DNA of 64,000 nt from the NCBI RefSeq assembly GCF_963921235.1, contig NC_086108.1, forward strand, positions 34,164,001-34,228,000, written 5' to 3'. The notes below the pieces were generated by a model that was given only the letters and a program-made list of their open reading frames with translations, ran no database searches and had not been told where the DNA came from. Source of the DNA: Mobula hypostoma (taxonomy: Eukaryota). Below are positions 53,080 through 64,000 of the stretch, piece after piece. The translations under genes were made by a program, and so were the position numbers. The stretch's first letter is position 1, and each line of letters opens with the position of its first letter.

Positions 53080-56000
53080 TCATATCCTATAAAAAACCCC
53101 TGTACCCCTTAAGAAAGCTAAAAATACCCTAACCTGTGCTCTTTCACCCATGCCCAGCAACCCTTTTAATGTGAATTCCTGCACCCCCAATTCCCCTAGT
53201 TTAATTCTCATCATCTCTCTCTGTATCCCATACTTCCTGCAACTCAGAACTACATGTTCTACTGACTCCTCTTCCTGACATTCCTCACACAATCCTGTCT
53301 GGTGTTTCCCTATCATTTTCAATGTTTTGTTTAATGCACAGTGTCACAGCCTTAACCTAGTCCACACAGTTTCCTCTCTTCTGTTTCCATTACCTACCCT
53401 AGTACCTGCAACACTTTTTTGTATTTGATATAAATGCCTCCCTTTCCCCTCCCTATCCCATCTTTCTTGCCACATTTGGTTGATTTTTTTCCCAGATTAC
53501 ACACTTAACCTCTGCTTTACTGATACTAATGTGCATTTCTATATTTTCTTTCTTTAACACCCTCTTTGCCAAATCATCCACCCTCTCATTCCCCTTCACC
53601 CCTACATGTGCTGGAACCCGTAGAAATTTTACCTGACCTCCCTGATTTGCAATTCTTGCAACTAACTGACGGACTTCATAAAGTACATCTTGCCGACTGT
53701 TTGTGTGAAAAGACCTTAAACTTGCTAGAACTGAGGATGAATCTGAACATACCAATGCTTTGACTTGCCTGGCTTTGTGCACCCATTGCAACGCAACCAA
53801 CACTGCCAGCATCTCCACTGTAAACACCTCTAACTTATTAGATGTTCTTCTGCTGATTCCAATTTCTTTTGCTGGTATAACCACCCCAAACCCTGTCACT
53901 CCTGTTTCAGGTAATCACTATACTTTTCCATCACATGACAGTTAAATGCATTTACCAAATCAGTTTTATATCTTCCTTTCCTTTTTACCTCTAACAAATG
54001 CCAGTCTATGTCAGGCCATACAAGTTTCCATGGAGCTACAACTGGATAAACTACTGAAGGACTTATCCTTAGATCAAACACTCCACATTCTTTAGCAATA
54101 TCATTCCCTACCCGACTAAAGGTATCCCTCTGAAACCTCCCATTTTCCCAGAACTCCTGCAACACACCTTTAGCAGGGTGAGAATCATTGTGCCCCTGCA
54201 AGTTAGCCCAGTAGTTTGCCATCAGTTGCATCCTTCTTAGTTCCAAAGGCATTATTCCCATTTCTACCTGTAGTGCTGACACTGGTGACGTTTTAAAAGC
54301 CCCACTGCACACTCTCAAGGCCTGAGCCTGAATCACATCCAGTTTCCTTATAAGAGACCTAGCTGCTGATCCATATGTTATATTTCCATAGTCCAACACA
54401 GATCACACTAAAGCCACATACATTCTCTTCAAAGCTGAACAACTTGCTCCCCATTCCCTACCAGTCAAACATTTCATCACATTTATTACTTTTTTACATT
54501 TCTCCTCAGCTTTCCTGGTATGGTCTGCCCATGTTAATCGTGAATCAAATATAACTCCCAGAAATTTAAATGATCCAACCCTTTCTAATTCAATCCCATA
54601 CATCCTTAACGTCTTCCCTACCTCAATTCTTTTCCTGGTAAAAAATACAGTTTGAGATTTTTCTACTGAAAATCTGCATCCCCAATCATAACCCCACTCC
54701 ACCACTTCATCAATTGCTTCTTGTAGTTTCCTGATTATATGGTCCATGCTCCTGCCTCTTTTCCACAAGGCCCCATCATCCGCAAACAGTGACCTACCTA
54801 TATCCACTGGTACCTTTGTGAAGACATCATTGATCATAATGATGAAAAGTAACGGGCTAATCACACTACCTTGAGGTGTGCCATTTCCCACTATGTACTG
54901 TTTTGATAATTCTGATCCAATCCGAACTTGAATTTTTCTACCAAACAAAAAATCTTTAATCCAATTAAAAACTCTCCCACCAACCCCCACCTTGTGCAGT
55001 TTAATTAATAATCCTTCCTTCCACATCATATCATAGGCTTTTTCAATGTCAAAGAACACTGCCACTACTGACTCTCTATTTGCCTGGGCCTTCCTTATTT
55101 CAGTCTCTAACATAATCACTGAGTCCATGGAATTCCTTCCCTTTCTAAAACCACTCATAACTTGCCAGCATTCCCCTCTTCTCAAGCTCATATGATAACC
55201 TTTCTGTTATCATCCTTTCCATTATCTTACATATATTTGATGTTAATGCTATTGGTCTGTAGCTACTGGGTTTTGACAGATCCTTGCCAGGCTTCCTTAT
55301 TGGAATTACTACTGCTTCTTTCCATGCACTTGGTAATCTTCCCTCCTCCCATACTCTGTTATAAAAATGCAGCAACTTCAAGAGCGCTCCTTCTCCTAGA
55401 TTTTTTAGCATCACAGAGCATATCAGATCTTTCCCTGGGGAGGTTGGTCTCGATCCCTTTATTGCTCTCACCATTTCTGTTAACGTAAATGGATCATCAA
55501 TTATATCATCTGTTCCTTCCCTCCTGCTTAACACACCTGGGTGTTGGCTCATTATTCTTTCCCTTCTCCTTCTCCCTTCTTCAGACAAATTTTCTGAACT
55601 GTGTATCTGTACAAATGACTTGGCCATGATCTCAGCCTTATCCCTACTGGGGACTGCCGTTTCCTCCTCAGATATCATTACTGGATATTCCCATTCCCTT
55701 CTATCTCCTCCCATCCTCTTAATCATTCCCCATACCTCTCCCACAGGTGTTGTTCTTCCTACCTTGTCGCAAAAACTCCTCCAACTTGCCCTTTTAGCTT
55801 GACGTATAGTTCTTCTCACCACTGCCTGTGCTTTCTTATATTGAACCAAATGCTGCATATTATGGGTTCTTTTAACTAGCCTGAATGCTCTATTTCTGTT
55901 TTTTACAGCCTGACAACATTCCTCTGTCCACCATGGTACCAGTTTCCTATTCATCCTATTTTTACTCCTAGGTATAGCTCCTTCTGCTGCCATAATAATT

Positions 56001-56801
56001 GCTTAAGTCACCTGACTGTTTAATTCATCTATATTTCCAGAAATGTCAATCTTTGTCAATCCTTCTTCACTCAACTTCTGGAACTTACCCCAATCTGCTT
56101 TTCCAAACACCCACTTTGGGATTCCGCCACCTGGTCTTACTTCAACTCTTTCACCCACTGAACATAAAACTGGGTAGTGATCACTGCCTACTGTTGAAGC
56201 AGTCCAAACTCCCCAGTTACTAACACCAGCCAAGGTATTAGACACTAACGTAATATCTAACACTGACTCAGTTCCTGTTGTTATATCTATCCTTATGCCG
56301 CTACCATCATTCATACACACCAAATCCCTTTCTTCCATCAAATCTTCAATTACCTTTCCATTTGGATCTGTAATCTGATCCCTCCATATTGTGCTATGAG
56401 TATTGAAATCTGCACACCACACTACTTTATGTCTGTTTTGTCCTTGTATCCTTAATAGGCTGTCCAAATCCAACCTTTTACATGGATTGTAGTAGTTAAT
56501 TATAACCACTCCCTCCCCTCTCCCACACTTCCATCACTATGTATTCCTGATCATCTCCTTTTTCCAGTACCCTATATGGTATACCTTGCTTGATTAACAT
56601 AGCACAACCCCCTCCTCCCCCTAGATTTCTATCTTTCCTTATCATTGTATACCCATATACCACAAAGTCTAAAGTTGGATTCAACCAGGTTTCCTGAATA
56701 CACACTACATCCGGTTTTACAACCATTTCTTTAATAAAGTGCTTGAATTCCTGGCTATTGGCCAGTAAGCTCCTTGCATTCTATTGTAAAAGAATCACCA
56801 T
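53080..56801 (-). pseudogene. ORF2 of the I/Nimb LINE (APE, RT, RNase H, C-terminal zinc finger), disrupted
   Basis: APE: MVILLQ*NARSL, CIQETWL, ADFN, SDH. RT: SPGKD, SYRPIALT, FDIEKAYD, GTPQGS, FADD. RNase H: CSDSSS, PAHVGVKGNERVD. Zinc finger: CEEC...H...C. Several frameshifts and stops. Confidence 0.92.
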
Positions 56802-56818
56802 AATTAGTATTAACCAAC

Positions 56819-58040
56819 TCATGACACTTCCTGGCTTGACTGATTAGTGAGGTTCTCCCTCACTTCCTCCCATATCAGTCCTTCTAACCCTAAATGGTTT
56901 ACTGCTGCTTTTACCACCAGCTGAATTTTGTCACTTTTTGACTTTACCTCAGCCATACTATTAATCACTCCTACAATGAATGTTACTAGAGCCTTTTTGT
57001 CTACATAAATCCTGTCATTTGTTCTTTGTGGCATCTCTTGTATCCCTATTGCTCCCTGTTCATTAGGAGCATTATTCTGTTCTCTTGACATTCTTACAGC
57101 TTCCGCATAAGTGATCTTTCTTTTCACTCTTATTTCTTGAATTTTATTCTCCCGTCCCATAACCTCACACCCACTATATGCAACATTATGAGCTCCTCCA
57201 CAATTGCAGCATTTTGGCTGCACTCCTGTTCCGCACTTTCCATATTCATGATCACCCCCACATCTAGCACATCTCCTCTGCCTGTTACAGTTTTTAGCTA
57301 TGTGTCCAAACCTTTGACAATTATAGCACCTCAATGGCTGTGGCACATACATCCTTACTGGGTAACTCATGAAACCCAGGAACACCCTCCTTGGCACTCT
57401 TTCTTCTTCAAATTCAATCAATACAGATTCACTTTCCTTTTTCACTCCCTCCTTTGTTGTTTTCAGTCTTTGAACATTCATTACTTTTCCTCCTTTGATA
57501 TTCCTCTTTAGCTCCTCCACATTTATACTCATTGGTACCCTCGTGATCACTCCTTTACAACCCACAATTTTGTGCTCCCACCCTCCCTGTGTATTCCACC
57601 TTGCATTTTCCTATCTCTTTTAGCTTGAGTGCTTTCTCAAGTTGTTCCTCATTCACACACCTTACCAATAAGTTGCCATCATTAAGGACTTTTGCAAATA
57701 CTATTTCCCCTATCTTATTTGCCAGTTGTTGTTAGCACAAATGGGTTAATTTTCTTCATGTTTCCCTGAGCCTTCTCATTAAACCTAATTATGACAACAC
57801 CTCCTCTCTGAGCTTGTTCATCTTCCTCACTTTCAGAGCTTTCTCCACTGTCATTTCTTATTCTTTTATTCCCTTTGTCTCGGTTTTCATTCATCTGTCC
57901 CCTCATTATCTCCTCATTCCCTTTATTTCTCCCTTCACAATAATACATATCTCCCCAGCTGCCTACCTCTGATCCCAAATCCCTATCCCGCTCCTTCTCC
58001 ACTTTCCTTCCCTCAACCCCCCCACCATCTTGTCCGCCAT
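56819..58040 (-). pseudogene. ORF1 of the I/Nimb LINE (gag-like, three CCHC knuckles), frameshifted
   Basis: CYNCQRFGHIAKNC, CARCGGDHEYGKC and CCNCGGAHNVAYSGC. Probable ATG at 58040. Confidence 0.88.
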
Positions 58041-58834
58041 TACCGGACCCACACAACCCCCTCCCAGCAAATCCGGTTCCTTCCCTACTCTCTTTCCCTC
58101 AGCAAGTTCCAAACCACATTCATGCATCAAGGCCCAGCAGTTGAGCCCCCCAGCAATTGAAGCTGTCTGTCTGTCTCTTGTTTTACGGCGGTTGGCATCC
58201 AGCTTAATGGTGCATTACCGCCAGCAACTGAAGCTGAACCCAGGAGCTGTTTATGTACCCAGCCCAACATCAGAATCATGTGCCTCAATTAAGGCACACA
58301 ACAGGACAAGGGAAAACCAGAAAACCTGAAATACGGATCGATGGACCGGACCGTGAACCGGAATGCGGACTTCACGGACTGGACCATGACGTTATCGAAG
58401 CTTGAGAGACACAAATTGGTCCCTGGATCCTCATCAGCTTATTGTTGATAAGCTACAGATACCAAATGGACATCCAGAGGCAGCTTCTGATTCAATGAGA
58501 AGGAAGCTGGACTAACTGTCTGTCTTGTTGGCCCTTGGATCTTTGGGTGAAAAGGATGATCAAATGGGGGCTGCAAAAGACTGCAATTGCCATGGAACCT
58601 GGAGAAGTAGGAGTGTTCCTGTTCAAATTAGTATGCATTTTGACTGGGCCCCATGTAAACTCACATCTCCCACATGCAGTAAGCCTAATATGGGCTCTCT
58701 TCCATGCAATTCATTTTCAGGAAGGTTCCCTCATAACAAATGCTAAACTGCTCTGGGTGGAGCCCTGATTCCTAGATTGGAGGCTCTTCCCGATATGGCT
58801 TGTTTGCACAAAGTGCCTACATTGCTGAATGCTT

Positions 58835-59707
58835 CAAAGATTTGAAGTACATTTATTGTCAAACTATGTATGCAATATACAACCATGAAATTTGACTTGC
58901 CCACAGACAGTCACAAAACAAGAACCATGCAACCAACCCGTTCAAAGAAAAACATCAAACCCCCTCTCTTCCATGTGCAAAAAAATCGTGCAAATGCCAA
59001 CAAAAAAAAGATCAAAAGCAAAAAATATAAAGCATAAAATAAAAGAGGATATTTCAGTACTGCTCAGTTTAGTGTTCTGTTATCTGCAGGCTGCTCCACT
59101 TCAAAAATCACTAAATGTAGTACCAAAAAACAGCGGTAGAAATAGAAGTAGAACACATCATAAACCTGAATTAGAGTCCAAATCTACAATCCACATCGAT
59201 TAAACCTTGCTCCAGCACCATCTGCCGACAACATCAAGAGATAGAGAGATTCACTTGAATACAAAGACCTTCCCTCGGGAGCTGCGAGTGGGAGACTGCC
59301 ACATGCAGACACCTTCTGCGGCGGCAGTGAGCGAGAGGCTGGTAGACGGCGCTGAACACTCGTTCACCTTCTGCCCCCAACTCGATCATTTCAATCTTCC
59401 TCGGCACTTTAATCTGCAAGATCAGCGAGAGGTGGAGTTGATCATGACTTGCGCCCCATCTTCTGGCTTCCTGGCCTCCATGCCTTGTGATTTGGCTGCA
59501 ACCTCGTGGAACACTCTCGTAGGCAGCAAAGCACCAGATCGCCCGACTAGCCCGAAAAAATCACATTGCCAGAATGTAGGTAACAGGCTCTAATAGTAGC
59601 CGGGCCATATCTGAAATTAAAAAGATGTAAAAGAGGTGAAAGGAGTTACTTTGTGAACCATCGTGAGGATGTTGCTTTTGGTGGTGCTGTTTGCTGGCAC
59701 CACCTTC
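58835..59707 (-). mobile_element. Non-autonomous LINE-derived element (second family)
   Basis: Similar architecture to copies A-C: 5' GAAGGTGGTG (AAGATGGCG-like), 3' AATAAA followed by a TTTGAA-type tail, and no coding similarity. Confidence 0.5.
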
Positions 59708-61992
59708 ATCATTCTTAATGTCTGTTTTAGATCTGTACGCTTGGTGTAGTTCTCACAGAACTCTGGAGCAATGTGGAAACACAAGACACTGCAGATGCTA
59801 GAAATCAAGTCCAGATGAAGGGTCTCAACCCAAAACATCCATTGTCCATTTCCCTTATCTAATGCTGTTTGTTCCACTGAGTTCTGCCAGTTCCTTTGTG
59901 TGATGCTCTGAGACAACATGTTCCAGTTTAAGAAACATATACAATAAATTGCTGAACTACATAAGCCAATTAAAATCAGATTTTGTTGTACCCTTTTGGT
60001 TAGAAAATAAATCTATTCAATGAGATTATTTGATGGCAAAGGTGGGCGAAACTGTGAAGAATCAAATGTAACAATGGGGAAATCAAAGAAAGCTCTCAAA
60101 CACATAGAGTTGCGTCCTTTTACTTGACAGGAAATAACAGAGATGTGAGTCATTTCTTGGGCATCAATGCCATCTTTTATTATATTACCGAAAAAAAGTG
60201 AAGAAACAGCTGGGACACCTACTCATAAAGGAAAAACACTGATAGCCACGTCACTGTTACCAAAAAAACAAATCTTTCCCCCATTTCCTATCAGTCGACA
60301 AATCCCAGAATCTCACATTAAGCAGAGAGACGAGAAAGTTTTGAGAAAAATAGTGGAGCAATAACGTTATGTTTGGATTGTTCTGGCAAAGAAAATGTCA
60401 AGACTTAATGATGTGAATGCCCTTGACATTTTCTGGAAATTGTTAACATTCTGAGGTCATGCAAAGGTTTTGAGAAGGCAAGCACCAATCTGCTTCAAGC
60501 AGAGAATCTTGAGATTTCAAAAGGTGGTGGGTGAAAACACGACAGCTCACAGGACAATGTAGAAGACACTTGCCTACACAGATTTGCCATGAGTACTGCA
60601 ATTCTATAATTAATGCAATGGTTTGGTGAGGTTCAATACCCACAGTTCAAATTTAAGCAATATGCTTTTAATTACGCATAGATGATTGCATAAAATAATT
60701 AGATTTCAACTTCTCTTACGCAAAGTACATCATTATGAACATGTTTCATTTTCAGTGCCAACGTTTGGTAAATAAATGCCTTAATTGTGACTGGCATGGC
60801 TACAGTTTGCAGTGGAAAGCTAAAAATTATATTTCGCAAAGTGACTTTATGCTCAACATTACTAGAGCTCTTCAGCAGACAATAGGGTTTCTCACAATCT
60901 GCTAGAGCAGTTGACAATGAATACAAATTAGCTTAAATTATATAAATGCCATGTCTGATGGCAAGAATCAATCAGCTCTTACCAACCAAGAAAAAACTGC
61001 TGTTCAATAGAAGTTGGATTCCTGTAGAGGAGCCTGAAACTTGGTGAAAGTATGTGTTTGTTTTCATGAGTGGGTGGAGCTTCAAGTGGGAAAGGGGAAA
61101 ACAAGTTTAAGAGGCAGATTTTCCAGCACCATCAATATTTCCTCTCTATTGAGATGCATGTGCAGTGATGGAGGAGGCCAGAACTAGGGGTGAGGCAGTT
61201 AAAATGGGCACTCCGTGGCATTTATGAAACTTACAGACAGTGGAAGCATAGCAAATTGAAGAGGGCACAGAGGAGCTGACAAGACTGAGTTGGGACCTGA
61301 CGGAGATATACCAAATGATTAGAGGGATAGATAAAACAGATAGTAAAATTTTTCTCCCATAGTATATGGTGCTATGACAAGGTGGAATAAGAATAAACTA
61401 AGAAGCAGGAGATTTGGAGGGAATCTGAGGGGGATTTTCTAGGCCTGCACAGGCACGTACTTACCAGTCTCAACCCAGCTCACAGGAGTCACCTGCTACT
61501 TATTTCCACGCATCACCTGCAACCTATTTAAACCCAACTCTCTTCCACAATCCTTGCTCACACATACAAACCAACCAGTCTCAACCAGTTGCTCTCAGCC
61601 TTCAGTTACCTTGTTGTCTGTGGTGTTTAGTATCTGTTCTCTCTTGTTTTGTGGACCCTCATGGCCTGTTATTTTTGCAGTCTATTAACCAGCCAGGAGA
61701 GGAGGCGCCAGTGATGAGATGAGAGAAAGCAGAGTGCGGCAGGCACACTGGAATCCATGATGGTTTGGGAGCTGGCACCTGAAGGCCAACACTCACATTG
61801 GTGCTACTCTCCAGTGTTTGCTCCCTGGAAAGACAAGATGATTTGCTTTCACCTGCAATGGACCCAGCATGAGATAAGGAACTGCTGCATTCTTGTTCTT
61901 GCAGAAACGTGCATCCAGCTACCATCAACCTTCAAGCCATGCCACTCAGGGACTTGTTGTAATATTATTCTGAGACTATATGTGCTGTATGT

Positions 61993-63199
61993 CAGGGCTT
62001 CCCAACATTTTTAAACTGCGGACCGGTTTAATATTGACAATATCCTTGCGGACCGGCCGACGGAAGGGAGGGGGTGTAGGGTTGCCAACGGACAAGAGTA
62101 GCAGTCAAATACGTTGTGTTTACCCGGAGAAAAACTACAACGACCATGAAGCCTTGCATGGGCACCAGTGAACATGCGTAACTTGCGCATACATGTACGT
62201 GCTGATTTTTTTCCACAAATCGTTTTTGGCGATTCTGTTCGGGGGGGAGGGGAGTGTTAACCATGACTGGAATACAGGTAGTAAGTGGCTAATACACTCA
62301 ATTTTGTTTCTAAAAGGGTTTATCTAATGAATTTAATATTAAACACACAGCGCATATTTTCCTGGCATGAGTATACTGATAAGTCAATTATCAGGGGAGG
62401 ACAGGGAAGCTTGAAGTAAGTGTTGAACAAACTTCCAGTAGAAGTGGTACAGGCAGGTTCGATATTATCATTTAGAGAAAAATTGGACAGTTCTATGGAC
62501 AGGAAAGGAATGGAAGGTTACGGCTGAGTGCAGGTCAGTGGGACTAGGTGAGAGTAGCGTTCGGCACGGACTAGAAGGGCAGAGATGGCCTGTTTCCATG
62601 CTGTAATTGTTATATGGCTATGTAAGTCACATATAAGTCAATAACATCATAACATTTTAAGTAACGTTTGGATATTAAACACACAGCACATATTTTCCCT
62701 GTATGAACATATAAAATCATTGCAACACACCAATATTACTGAATCAGTGGGAGCCCTGGGTTTGTCTCCTTGCAACAAGACGGTGCCATCGAGGGGTGAT
62801 GAGAGACAGTGATACTCGAAGGGGGTCCTTATGTCCAGTCTATTCCACAATTTAGTTTTCGTTGCATTCATTGCAGAGATACGTTGGAAATGGAAGCAAC
62901 GTTTTCAGTGCTTTCATGGCTATGTCTGGATATTCATCCTTGACTTTGATCCAGAATGCCGGCAGAGATGTTATGTGAAACATACTTTTCAGCCCGCTGT
63001 CATTTGCAAGCTCGAGGAGTTGATCTTCTTCCCGTGCTGACATGTATGACGCGCGGGTAATGACCTCGCATGCGCTAAAGTTCAACAGTGGCTGTGACAG
63101 GGAGTGAGGAAAGATGCAGCTGACTCATACCGCCAAATCATATCGTTTCCTCGCGGCCCGGTGGCACATGCGTTGCGGCCCGGTGGTTGGGGACGGCTG
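61993..63199 (-). mobile_element. Internally deleted hAT (Charlie/Buster-type) DNA transposon
   Basis: Imperfect TIRs CAGGGCTTCCCAAC / GTTGGGGACGGCTG and a perfect 8-bp TSD CTGTATGT (61985-61992 and 63200-63207). Transposase dimerisation-domain remnant FWIKVKDEYPDIAMKALKTLLPFPTYLC...TKTKLWNRLDI. Confidence 0.93.
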
Positions 63200-64000
63200 C
63201 TGTATGTAACTGTATTGACTGTGTTTTGCGCCTTGACCCCATATGAATAATGCTGCATTTAACTGCATACACGTGTATAGTTGAGTAGCAATTAAACTTG
63301 GATTTATTACTTGTCACGTCAAAAGAAGCCTGGTGGGTCTGTGCTATCAATGGAGGGTGCAACTGAAATAGAATGAGGTTTGGTGCAAGCTTACTATTAA
63401 TAGTTCCTATTAACCATCTGCTCTCTGCCTCTCTGATGTGGCTATCATCATCAAGAGCTTCAGAGGCCTTTGTATCAAAATCTTGGAACAGTCATTCAGG
63501 CACCTCAAATGATCAGGAAATAAATTATTGAAAATACTCTCCCCATCTCCAATCCCATCACCATTTTTATTGAGCAAAATGATGAAACACTGAAATAGCC
63601 AGCTTCATTCACAATTTAACAACTATTGTCTCCAATGAACAGAATTCCAATTCCCAGTAGTTAATTTAATCACTAAGAAAGTTAACACAAGACAGCATTT
63701 TGATGTATATTTTTCAGACTTGCTACAGAAACTTGTTACTACCTTGACAAGAAATTCAAATTTGGCCTGTTGCACCAAATGTCCTGTTAACTAATACAGC
63801 AAATTGTGCGCAGAGGTTCTCTTCTATTGTGGAACCTGGGACTAACCACTCCCTGTCCTAGATCCCACTAAGAAAACCACCCAATGAGTTGCATAGTTAG
63901 CAATTATCAGACATAGAAGCTACTCAAAAGAACAGGCTGTCAGAAGCAGTGACCTCAACAGGCACGGTTTGCAAATATCGTGATCCTTGCTTTTTCCAGG

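Larger units (their letters stand above)
52839..58149 (-). mobile_element. Near full-length I/Nimb-clade non-LTR retrotransposon
   Basis: Gag-like ORF1, APE-RT-RNase H-CCHC ORF2, (GT)n in the 3' UTR, a 3' stem-loop and a (GACA)n tail. The 5' boundary is approximate. Confidence 0.92.
51844..58391 (-). mobile_element. Solo LTR (~1.1 kb net) split by LINE insertions
   Basis: TGTCAT...ATGAC(G) termini and a perfect 5-bp TSD TTATC (51839-51843 and 58392-58396). Internal ~65-bp tandem repeat, 3 copies, at 52441-52630. Confidence 0.85.

Noticed and set aside
52839..58223. Reading the LINE's terminal direct repeat as LTRs
   Set aside because: The repeat is under 60 bp, lacks TG...CA ends, and the element has no integrase. 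The protein domains are those of a non-LTR element.

Overview
Eukaryotic, repeat-dense vertebrate DNA. The HER1-type CR1 LINEs, HE1/V-SINE-like elements and Penelope-derived short repeats suggest a cartilaginous fish (ray or shark); this is an inference. No complete host gene is visible, only a few unidentified candidate minus-strand exons. The window is dominated by nested transposons: two nearly identical young CR1 copies with intact RT frames, older decayed CR1s, at least four solo LTRs, a near full-length but frameshifted I/Nimb-clade LINE (gag-like ORF1, APE-RT-RNase H ORF2), a BovB-like RTE fragment, Rex1/Babar fragments and their non-autonomous derivatives, Penelope remnants carrying decayed minimal hammerhead motifs, and an hAT derivative with a perfect 8-bp TSD. 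The most unusual structure is at 51.8-58.4 kb, where one solo LTR holds three separate pieces of the same I/Nimb LINE. I cannot support a claim of a wholly new biological system from this sequence alone.
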